From NCBI GenBank assembly GCA_001771135.1, contig MESW01000006.1, forward strand, positions 4,870-68,869: a DNA stretch of 64,000 nt. The letters run 5' to 3'. Source of the DNA: a candidate division CPR3 bacterium GWF2_35_18. GTDB lineage: Bacteria; Patescibacteriota; CPR3; GWF2-35-18. The position numbers and the translations under genes were made by a program. Shown one piece after another: positions 38,585 through 48,500 of the stretch; positions within the stretch are counted from its first letter, which is position 1, and each line of letters starts with the position of its first letter. Under the pieces are notes generated by a model. It did not search any database. It saw only the letters and a list, made by a program, of their open reading frames with translations, and was not told the DNA's origin.

Positions 38585-41500
38585 ATGAAGAAAAAACTGC
38601 TTAAATTATTTCCATTCTTAGTCATTATTGCGACATTCCTTTCCCTATCGCAACCACTTTTTTCACCGGCTTTAATTGAGGCCAATCCTCCTGCAGATGT
38701 TTTTACCGGTCAAATTATCCCCGCTTTTATAGGTAACGAATATGATCCCTCTGTTGCTTTTCAGGAATTAGCCGGCTCGACAGTCTATGTTTTTGCGTAT
38801 GACAACTGGGAAGCAGCCTCTGATAGAATTGTTGTGGGAAATAAAGCAATTAAAACTCAGATAAGGGCTGATGGTTCTTTCCAGGTGATGGGACTTCCAC
38901 ATGCTTCTTATTATGGAGTATATTTTCCTTACGACCAATATGGTCCTTATGAACCACGAAATGGTAGTGGTACAGAATATTCTTATAGCTGTTCCTTTCC
39001 TTCCCCTCCACTGGGATCATGTGACGCCATTTGGGGAGGAAATGCCCCTGTTTATCCTATCCCTGGATTGGATGATTACTGCTGTGTTCCTCCGACTCGA
39101 GTAGCAAATACGATCAAAAATACTCCTTTCCGTGCTCCAGAACCAGATGATAATATTATCGATGTCTTTTCTTATGCTCAAGCTATATATAATGGAACCT
39201 CTCTTATTCCTACCCAAATAGCCGATGAATTTATCAAACCTGAAGGCAAGGCAATCTTCGTTACTTCAAATAATAAACTCGATATTGAAAACCATATCAA
39301 TGTTTTTCCCGTAGTTCCAACCTCAGTTTTAAAAATAAAAATTGATACTGAACAGTATGGAAATAGTATCGAAAATAGTGATAGAAGTCAGCTAAAACTT
39401 GGTTATGCAATCGCACACCGTCCGGTTTCAGTGACTGCAACTAGGATAGGATATTACCGTATTGAAATGTGTACTAATATCTTTGGGATACCCTGGGATT
39501 GTGGAATCGATTATGGTACAAAATATCTACCAATTGGTGGCCCAGCAATTACGGGAAGAACTGATGAAAATGGAAACTTTAAAGCCTATGCTCCTTCAGG
39601 ATATTATCATATTAAATATGTCTTTGAAGATGGAACTGAGAATATGGCTTTTCGAGAGATTGATGCCTTGGGAGAAAATCCTGAACCAGCCGACTCTAAT
39701 TTTGGAGTAACTACGGCTCTTTTAAAATCATTGTCTCAATGGAAAACTGATCCTACTGATACCTATATAGAAGACAAGCCTCAAAACGTAATAGACCCTC
39801 CTCTATACAAAGTTTATCGTAAAGGAGTAAGTATTTGGGGTTCAGTTACTAGACCATTTGTAGTTAAAGATAATAACCGCAGTCAATTCAATATACCAGT
39901 CTCTACGTTTTATACGGGAAATGATGGCTCTGATACAGGAGGACAAAGCAATACAATGCCAGATTTAGCGGTCTATACAGAAACGAACTATTCCGCGATT
40001 GATTTGGGAGTAGAGGTAAAACAAGATTTTGAAGCTGTAAATATGTTTAATAACTCCGGAGTTATTTCAGCAGACCATGATGATAACTATTGTGTAACGA
40101 ATAAAAATGCTTGTAACTTTTCCACTGTCAATAAATATGGGATTTTTTATATGCGTACCTCAGAAGCATATTCTTTTATTAATGGTAAAATAAGATTAGC
40201 CGGTTATAACTCAGCAACGAATGAAGTCTTTTTAGACAGTCTACCCCTCTATCCTGATGTTGGCAGTACTGATTATATTGAACCCCAACCACAAGCCCTA
40301 CAAGGATTAATAAGTGGACCAAATAGTTCATATAGTTATAACTTTTCCACAAAAAAACATGATAATAGAGGTATTTACGCAACTGTAAGAGATAATAGAG
40401 GACTGGCTGTACCTGGAGCTCAAGTTACTATTGCTCCTAATGAACCCGATCTAAAAAGCAGTAGTGTCGCTCAAACACAAGGAATTAGTTTATTAACTGA
40501 TGCTGATGGATCAGTGTATCTTTCTCCTCACGTCTTCTCTGAAAACGCAGAATTAATGACAGATTCGGCAACCTGTAACGGTTCTGATGATAGTGTTGCT
40601 GAAAATGGATATACCTTAATAGCTTCTCAAGGAGATACCTTTAAAGCTTCTCTTGATCTTACCAAAGATCAGATTTGTGATTCTATTGACGCGCAACAAT
40701 CTGTTGAAATTGCCAGTATTAAGGGAAAAAATGTCTACACTAACGAACCAGGAATGATTCAATTAGCCAAAGCATTACAGACAGATAATATTTTTACGGT
40801 AAGCGCCGCGGAAACCGAATCTGCTTGCCAAATATATAAACAAGATAGTAGGACGGTCGCTCCCTATGTCCCAAATGATCCAGTGGCAAACGAACAAGAA
40901 TGTGTGAATCTTTATGGATATTTTCTTTGTACACCAGACCCATTTGTTACGATACAAGGAGAATTTTTTGGCGGTGTTTCCGAAAATGTGATAGTTTTGG
41001 CTGCAGGTGATGCTTCTGGAAGCTATCGATCGACAGAAATTATTAAAGAAGAAGTTATTCCTAATCCGGAAACAACTCTTCATTCATCATCTGGATTTGG
41101 TGGTTTCTATGATACTACTAATAAAAAATTATATATTCACATTCCCTGCGCCTGGAAATCAGCTCAACTGAAAATAGAGGCTGGTGAGGAAAAAACAGAT
41201 AACTCTCAAGGAGATGTTGAACTTACAGTTATCGAACAGATCCGAGTTTATCTCATTCAATTCGGTGCAAATTTAGCCAAAGGTTTTGCTGGCGCAAGAG
41301 ATGCAGTTGACATTGGTGGGAGCTTTGATTACGACGAAGCTGTTGAAGAGATTGATGAAGTAGCAGAATCAGGTATCGACTCAATCATAAATAAAGGCCT
41401 TTCTGAGCGTCATTTTATAAAAGGTGATGCCCGAAAAGATGAAATGCAAGTCGCTATCTCAGAAACAAACGTTAGTGGTACACCCCCCAGCTATACCATA

Positions 41501-43654
41501 AATCCTCCTGCGGCCACATTCTTTTTGAAACCAGCTTGTCATGTTTTTGATTTGTTAAATTATCAAACTTGGGGTAATTTTGCTTGCAATCTCATTGAAG
41601 GTATGGGGAAATTTTTACAAGGCAGCATGGAATTTTTAGAAGATACTATTCTTCATACAAAGCCGATTTCAGAGCTATCCACAATTACTACATTATGGAA
41701 TCTTTCTCGTAATATTAGTAATGGAATAATTATTATTTTGGTTTTAATCTTTGCGGTTATGTATATGTTCCGAATGGATTCCAAAGATCTTCCTCTAAAA
41801 GAGCTTCCAATGAAAATTGTGAAGGCAGTGATCTTAATTAATCTCTCTCTCCTCTTCTGTCAGCTATTTATTGATATTTCTAATGTAGCTACAAGATCAA
41901 TATTCCTGATGGTTCAGAATGCTTTTTCACCTACTGGACAGACAGCTGTAATTAACTTTGCTTCTTTTGCAGCGATTATCACGACAATAGCTCTTTCGGC
42001 TGGAGCCTCAGGAGTGACAGCAGGCGTCGGTATAGCAACTGCAGTGGTTGCTTCTGGTGGAACAGCTTTAGTCGCTATAGGTATTGGAGTCATTGTTGCT
42101 GTCCTTGCCTTCTTTATGGCAATTATTACCTTAGCTGTAATTATTTTAATTCAATTTGTTGTTCGTTTAATGGTCATCTATCTTTGTGTTATTCTCGCTC
42201 CGCTTCGATTCCTTATGGGAATACTCCCTCAAGGCGAAAGTTTTGTAAAAATTTGGGATACAACCTTTTATAGTTTTGTTTTTATGCAGGTATTAGCGGC
42301 ATTATTTCTCAATGTCGGAATTGCTCTCATGTCTAATATCCCTAGTGGAGCTGGTTTAGAAATTGTTATTTCTCAATTGGCCGTAGGAGTAGCAATCTTT
42401 ATGGTGGCCTTGAAGTCTCCAAGCTTAATCCTACAACTTCTTGGTGGTGGTGGAATGGCTGGAAAATTAGCTGGTGGAGCTGGTGAGACTCTTACTGAAT
42501 GGAGACAGGGACAACAAGAAAAAATGGGTGCTGAAGCAGTTGCAGGTCGCGCAGGAGAATTCAAAGCTGAATCTCAAATGCATGGCGGTGGAGTAAGAGG
42601 CTTTGGAAAAGCGACCCTTTCCAGAGTGCCTATAATTTCAACTTACACAAAAGCAAAAAATGCGAACACTCAAGCTCAAGCAAATAGACTGTTCACAATG
42701 AAAAGAAACCAAGATATTCAGAAAGAAGGACAAGGATCAGTTCTAGCTCAAGGAACAAAAGGTCAAAGTGGAGATCTAACTCATATAGAACAAACCGAAG
42801 GCGGTAATGGTGTTTTACGATCGGTCAATGCTTGGGGTAGCGGTAGAAATGATCTATCTGCAGAAATTGATACCAACAGAAGTCCTACTGCTAATCAGTA
42901 TGTTCAAGATCATAATAGAGATATTGAGAATGATCAAGAGGTCAAAGATATTGACCAACAAGCAAATACTGAACAAACACAACAAATTGAAGCTATCATT
43001 AGACCTGATGTTGAAACTCAGGTAAATAATGAAATTAATGCTTCAAGCCCGACTTTAAGTCTTGATGATGCTTCTGTGACTCAAGCAGCCCAAAGTAGAA
43101 TTAACATGGGTGGAGCGGCTGGAAAGACGATTGATCAAGTGAAAGAAGACGTTAGAAGAGAAAGAACTGCAGCTAGAGCCCCAATGATGGCAGCCAAGAT
43201 GAAAGAACAACCTCGAATTGATCAAGCAATGGCAAGTCATCAAGCTGAAATCCAAAAGATTAAAGATGAAGCAAATAAAAAGAAAATGGAAGCACGCAAG
43301 AAAAAAGGTTATATCGTTACTGATCCTAATACTGGGACTGCTAAAGTCAATGGACAACAATTACTAGAGATTGCGGAACAAGAACTTAAAAATGATCCAA
43401 AACTGAAAAAAGAAGTTGAAAGACAGATAAAAGCGGCTGGACTAGCAAAGACTGTTAACGCAAAAGCTCTACACGCTGCAAAACTTGCTGAAGGAACTGA
43501 AGGTGGAGTAGAGGTTGGAACTCGACAACAAAGAAATATACAAAATCGCCGAAGACAAGCTGGAGCTGGACAAAGAGTCAATTATGCCGCCGCTGGAATG
43601 AATTATCGAACAGGAGATCTCTCTGGGCTTAATGAACCGGAAGAAAATATCTAA
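38585..43654 (+). CDS. Giant extended VirB6/TrbL-like membrane protein (about 1000-aa extracellular region, polytopic core, about 400-aa charged tail)
   Basis: Signal peptide; W...RNI.N....L....K..P.....ILINLS......IDISN and R...IY....LAPL.F...ILP.....K.W...F....F.Q in the TM region (about 41600-42450). Confidence 0.7.
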   Translation: MKKKLLKLFPFLVIIATFLSLSQPLFSPALIEANPPADVFTGQIIPAFIGNEYDPSVAFQELAGSTVYVFAYDNWEAASDRIVVGNKAIKTQIRADGSFQVMGLPHASYYGVYFPYDQYGPYEPRNGSGTEYSYSCSFPSPPLGSCDAIWGGNAPVYPIPGLDDYCCVPPTRVANTIKNTPFRAPEPDDNIIDVFSYAQAIYNGTSLIPTQIADEFIKPEGKAIFVTSNNKLDIENHINVFPVVPTSVLKIKIDTEQYGNSIENSDRSQLKLGYAIAHRPVSVTATRIGYYRIEMCTNIFGIPWDCGIDYGTKYLPIGGPAITGRTDENGNFKAYAPSGYYHIKYVFEDGTENMAFREIDALGENPEPADSNFGVTTALLKSLSQWKTDPTDTYIEDKPQNVIDPPLYKVYRKGVSIWGSVTRPFVVKDNNRSQFNIPVSTFYTGNDGSDTGGQSNTMPDLAVYTETNYSAIDLGVEVKQDFEAVNMFNNSGVISADHDDNYCVTNKNACNFSTVNKYGIFYMRTSEAYSFINGKIRLAGYNSATNEVFLDSLPLYPDVGSTDYIEPQPQALQGLISGPNSSYSYNFSTKKHDNRGIYATVRDNRGLAVPGAQVTIAPNEPDLKSSSVAQTQGISLLTDADGSVYLSPHVFSENAELMTDSATCNGSDDSVAENGYTLIASQGDTFKASLDLTKDQICDSIDAQQSVEIASIKGKNVYTNEPGMIQLAKALQTDNIFTVSAAETESACQIYKQDSRTVAPYVPNDPVANEQECVNLYGYFLCTPDPFVTIQGEFFGGVSENVIVLAAGDASGSYRSTEIIKEEVIPNPETTLHSSSGFGGFYDTTNKKLYIHIPCAWKSAQLKIEAGEEKTDNSQGDVELTVIEQIRVYLIQFGANLAKGFAGARDAVDIGGSFDYDEAVEEIDEVAESGIDSIINKGLSERHFIKGDARKDEMQVAISETNVSGTPPSYTINPPAATFFLKPACHVFDLLNYQTWGNFACNLIEGMGKFLQGSMEFLEDTILHTKPISELSTITTLWNLSRNISNGIIIILVLIFAVMYMFRMDSKDLPLKELPMKIVKAVILINLSLLFCQLFIDISNVATRSIFLMVQNAFSPTGQTAVINFASFAAIITTIALSAGASGVTAGVGIATAVVASGGTALVAIGIGVIVAVLAFFMAIITLAVIILIQFVVRLMVIYLCVILAPLRFLMGILPQGESFVKIWDTTFYSFVFMQVLAALFLNVGIALMSNIPSGAGLEIVISQLAVGVAIFMVALKSPSLILQLLGGGGMAGKLAGGAGETLTEWRQGQQEKMGAEAVAGRAGEFKAESQMHGGGVRGFGKATLSRVPIISTYTKAKNANTQAQANRLFTMKRNQDIQKEGQGSVLAQGTKGQSGDLTHIEQTEGGNGVLRSVNAWGSGRNDLSAEIDTNRSPTANQYVQDHNRDIENDQEVKDIDQQANTEQTQQIEAIIRPDVETQVNNEINASSPTLSLDDASVTQAAQSRINMGGAAGKTIDQVKEDVRRERTAARAPMMAAKMKEQPRIDQAMASHQAEIQKIKDEANKKKMEARKKKGYIVTDPNTGTAKVNGQQLLEIAEQELKNDPKLKKEVERQIKAAGLAKTVNAKALHAAKLAEGTEGGVEVGTRQQRNIQNRRRQAGAGQRVNYAAAGMNYRTGDLSGLNEPEENI

Positions 43655-43676
43655 ACGTTTTTAAAAGATTGTTTCT

Positions 43677-43719
43677 GAGCCGGCTTAAAATTATAAATTT
43701 TAAGCCGGCTCTTCTTTTT
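43677..43719 (+). terminator. Intrinsic terminator after the VirB6-like gene
   Basis: GAGCCGGCTTAAAATT-ATA-AATTTTAAGCCGGCTC followed by TTCTTTTT. Confidence 0.85.
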
Positions 43720-43757
43720 CCAAACTCGAATAATTCCCTTCCAACATTTTGTTGATT

Positions 43758-43787
43758 TTGCTATTTAAAGGCTATTTATTGTATAAT
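43758..43787 (+). promoter_or_regulatory. Sigma-70 promoter of the 522-aa gene
   Basis: TTGCTA-18nt-TATAAT; RBS GAAAGGA before ATG 43838. Confidence 0.55.
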
Positions 43788-43837
43788 TTAAAGAGTTTTT
43801 AGATACATTAAGCTATAAACTATATGAAAGGAACAAC

Positions 43838-45406
43838 ATGAGCGGACCAGTGGAAGATATGGCACAACGTGCCGGCCAATATAAAGCCGAACAGGAAATA
43901 GCTCGTTTCAATCAGATGCGTGATGAATTAGACACAATTGAATCAGATCCGAATGCATCTGAAGGTAAGAAAGTCCAAGCAAGGAGGGGTTTTTTTGAAA
44001 GACTTCTGCATGCAAAGCGTGAAATCTATGATACGGGAACACTTGGTTATTTAATGGCCACACTTGGTTTTAATTGGCTACGCCAAACAATGCATCATGC
44101 TAAACATGCTTTTGTCAAAGGACAAATGGAAGTCCTAAAAACTGAAGCAGATGCAATCAAAGTAGAACACATGCAAACCGAACTTTTCAACATGCATGTA
44201 GAAGAAGGTCACACCATGCAAGTTCAGGATGCGTTTTTTGGATATACTGGAGGTGCGGTTAAGGAGCTTTCTAAACTTGCCGCGCACGCTTTCTGGGTTC
44301 GAGATGTTGATATTTATTGTCCTCTTGATCGTAAAGAGGTCGTTTCCGGACTAATCCATGGTCATGAAAATGCCTTTACCTTTCGCGAACTAGCTCGAGC
44401 CTATAACGCCCATTACGATCTTTATTATCCTATGTTGCTAGAAAAATTCGAAAAAGGCGAAATCAATGAAAAGGAGTTTCAAAAATATGGTTTTCACCGT
44501 CGCCAATCAGAAAGAATTAAAGGAATTGGAGCAATCAGAGAAGATGATGATCCCCGTAAAACTGACATGACCTTACCTGAGCTTTATTCTCTGGGAGTTT
44601 GGTTGTTTGGAGAAAAATCTAACCCCGATGAAGACAGAGTACTTGTAAAGAAAGAATCTGGGGTACTAAGAGATGAGCAACATTTAGAAATACCTGACAA
44701 TAAAAAATATATTGAAGAGTGGCAAAAAGCGACCGGATTTACCGAAGATGTGATGTATGGAGATCGAGATTATTGGACGAAGTGGATTATGTTTCAACTC
44801 AAAGCCCCAACCATGTTTAACGTTGCTTTAAGAAAAATGGGGTATAAAGTTGATTTTCATGGAGAAATTAATGATGAAAAAGCAAGAAAGAATGCCAAAT
44901 ATGGAGATGTGATTGGTAAATACTACGGACATAACAATGACTATTACCACCGATCACTCTCTATGGGTGTCGGAGGACAGATTGGACGAGCCCAAATGCG
45001 TAATCGACAAGAGGCCGAAGATCGACTAAGTGAAGTTGCGGAGCTCGTTGAATTACTTAAGAAAGAACATCCAACCACAGATGAACAAACTCGCATTGCC
45101 GAACTTGTAGATAGAGAAGATGCCCGAATGGATGCTGAAAGTATTGATCAGGGAATCTTGAATACCGTTGCAGATACTATTGTTAGGAGAAAAGCCCAAG
45201 AAGAACACTGGGAACTGGATCCACACAAACAAACAAAAGAAGAGAGAACAAAAGTTGAAAATTATCGGAAGTGGGTTCAAAAAAGACTCCAACAAAGATG
45301 GGCGGAATCTCAAGGTAAAAGAGCAACAAATGTTGGAGAAGTTCGTGACTTTGCCGATAAACAAGCTTGGGATATCTGGGATGACGCTAGTTCTGAAGAA
45401 CAATAA
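43838..45406 (+). CDS. Hypothetical soluble charged protein (522 aa) with N-terminal similarity to the VirB6-like tail
   Basis: Long ORF with RBS; no signal peptide or TM helix. Confidence 0.7.
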   Translation: MSGPVEDMAQRAGQYKAEQEIARFNQMRDELDTIESDPNASEGKKVQARRGFFERLLHAKREIYDTGTLGYLMATLGFNWLRQTMHHAKHAFVKGQMEVLKTEADAIKVEHMQTELFNMHVEEGHTMQVQDAFFGYTGGAVKELSKLAAHAFWVRDVDIYCPLDRKEVVSGLIHGHENAFTFRELARAYNAHYDLYYPMLLEKFEKGEINEKEFQKYGFHRRQSERIKGIGAIREDDDPRKTDMTLPELYSLGVWLFGEKSNPDEDRVLVKKESGVLRDEQHLEIPDNKKYIEEWQKATGFTEDVMYGDRDYWTKWIMFQLKAPTMFNVALRKMGYKVDFHGEINDEKARKNAKYGDVIGKYYGHNNDYYHRSLSMGVGGQIGRAQMRNRQEAEDRLSEVAELVELLKKEHPTTDEQTRIAELVDREDARMDAESIDQGILNTVADTIVRRKAQEEHWELDPHKQTKEERTKVENYRKWVQKRLQQRWAESQGKRATNVGEVRDFADKQAWDIWDDASSEEQ

Positions 45407-45543
45407 AGCAAACAAGTTTCATATTTGAAAACAGTTTTCTTAATCCTGTCTATTCTGTGTTTTGCTATTTCTCTTTTATTTCTTTCTAATTTCTTGTAGA
45501 ATAATTACTGGAAGTTAGTTAATCTTCTTATTAATCCAAAATT

Positions 45544-48500
45544 ATGAAAGTGCCTTCAAAAAGGTTAAAAAAACTCATTTCACTAGGTTTGAATATCTTA
45601 CTTACTCTTTCTTTAATATTACAATCAAGCCCAGCTTTCACCACTCCAGTAAATGCTTATGACCCATTTTCATTAACTCCGGAAAAGCTAGGAATTTTTA
45701 AAGGTTTACCCGATAAATTCAAAGGGTTTTTTGATTCCGCTTCCCAAAAATTAAATGGTTTATTCAAAACGCCATCTGGAACTACAGGTGGAGCATCTGA
45801 AGGCTCACCCGCTCAACCACTTCCAGACGAAGAACACCCTATTATCCCAATCTCAGCTGATTTAATTCAAGTAGATGCTACATGGAGTGCTAGCTGTGTT
45901 CCCGATATGCCTCCTGATGAATATTTAGCATCTGGTGGTGGAGGTGGAACCTGTTATATGACTCCATATGAACCTCCGGTACCACAAAAACCAATTGAAG
46001 ATAATGGAAGTTGTGCTGAAATAAACATAATTTCTGATCGTAGTTGTGTCATTGCTCCGGGACGAAGTGTGAATTTTGTAGTTGAAATTGTCAACAATTG
46101 TGACACCACTTTTACAATTTTGAGTATTTTTGATGACCATAAAGGTCTTGTGAATATTAAAGAAACAAAAACTGTGGGTCCTGGAGAAAAAATCACCACT
46201 CTTCCCTACGATATTGTGGTTAAAGAACCACTTATAAATACCGTAACTTTAACAGCTCAATTTAGCGATTATAATCCTTTTATTATCGAAAAAATAGGGA
46301 CACTGATTACTATTGACCCTTTGGGTTGCCAGATTCATCCCGTTTGTTTAGCCCTTTCATATGAAGCTGAACCAACCTGTGTAGAAAATTCTGGCGATCC
46401 TTCTAATTTCATCGCTAGAATTAACAATAATTGCACAAATCAAATAACCAGCACCCAACTGATAACCTCTTTTAACACTCAGAATCTTGGAACTTTAGTT
46501 GCTGGGGAAACTGTTATTGAACTCGGAGAAAAAAATATCACTTCAAATATAACAGAAACGGCTAATTTAACAGCCATCATGGATACTTATTTTATTAATG
46601 TAACAGACACAGCAACTGTTTCCTTATCTCCTTTCCCTGTAGGATGTGTGACAAATCCACCTAGTACTTGTATTTCTTTTCACGAAGTTGCTATTCCTTC
46701 TTGTGTTGAAAACTCTGGAGAACAATCAACTTTTACCATTTCAGTAACAAATAACTGTACTGAGAATTTCACAATTAGCAGTATTACGGATACTTTGGCT
46801 CCTGGAGGAACAATAGATATCACAGGACACGAATCTGTCCCGGTTTCAGGAAGTCAGTCATTTAGTTACAATTTAACAATTAACAATCCTGTTTCTGGAA
46901 CTGCTAACCTGACCGGAGTTTTGGCTTCTGGAACAACAATAACAGCAACAACAACTTCTGGTGTCTCCGTTGGAAACTGTATATCCTTAAATGAATTAAA
47001 TCTTCCTCTTGGACTTCATAGTTTAAATAAAAATACAAACATTTCTAATCTAATATCTAAAATAAAAGATTTTATCCCAAATGCTGTAAATCATATTAAA
47101 GAAATCTTCACTCCAGACAATGTTACTGCAGCTACCCCAATTTGTGATACCTGTCAAACAGAGAATTACGGTTGGGATGAAAATCCTCCTGCCGGTTTTG
47201 ATGACGAATATAATGATTATTATCAAATTGAACCTGGCATTTGTATGGTCGAATGCAACCCCATGTCTGATCCTTTTGAAAGTGACTCCTGTCCGGATCC
47301 ATATCAATGTCCTGAAAGAGTAGCCTCCTATACCAATTATGGCAATTGTGATGAAGAGGTTAAGACTTGTACTGTACCAATACTGGGAACGCAATTTGAT
47401 GCTTGTTGGGGATTGTATCCTCCTGCTGCTCATACCCCTTATGATTATACTGATCCCGATGCCTCATGTACGCTAGACGACTTACCCACAACAACGCCAA
47501 CTGGTGAAACTGTTGGTGGAGACCCACAAATATATGAAGTTTTCTCGCAAAATATCACTCAATATAACTACGAAGAGTGTAATAGACATGACAGCATAAG
47601 TAAATATAATCGAGCCTGTGCCCCACAATATTCATATACCAAAGCAGATATGCCCACCTGCTATCCAACAGATCTGGGAACAAGCTATGGAGCAACTGCT
47701 CGCAAATTAAATGGTTGTAATGAACTCATTGAACCTACTGAACTTGATGATGGAACACTTGTTGGTGTTTCTCCACCCCAAAGTCCTAACAAAGCGGACG
47801 CATACGATTGTAGTGAAAAAACATGTAACGCTACAGACGGACCACGTTGTGTGCAGGGAACTGAAGCAGTCTGTCGAAAAGCAATTGAAATTAAAACCTG
47901 TGAACAGCTTATCACTACAACTTCTGAACCTCCTGCTGATAATTGGGGGGAAAACTGCGTTGTCCAAGCACTTCCAGCACAAGAGATAACTTGTGGAAAT
48001 GCAGAAGGTTGTCCTGCTGATGGCGGATCAGAATACGGATGTAGTGTTGAAAATATCTGTACTCAAGACGTAAGTTATTGGGATGGAAATTCAGAAGATC
48101 ATGATTGTGATGATGACGGAAGTGCTGATTGTTGTTCAGAATGTGAGTTTGAAGGAGGAGTTGAAGTTTGTAATGATAATCCAGGAAATAATGATTGTGG
48201 TGGAAGCTGTTGTAATTGTGATGATGGGTACGAGGGTTGTTTAAATTTTGATACCAGTAGTAATCCTGAATCAATCCCTCCTACTCCAGACGCATGCAGT
48301 GGTGGAAATTGTTCCTGCGAAGAAGGTTCTAGTGCGGGAGAATGTGCTAACGCTGATAACACTCTTTGCGCTGATAATGGAGAAACTGGCTGTGCTGATT
48401 TGGAAGATTGTTGTAAGCTCAAAGAACATTGGGAGTGGCCAATAACTTCTGATGCACTTGACTGTGCTATCTATCAATATACTGAAAGACATATGATGTA

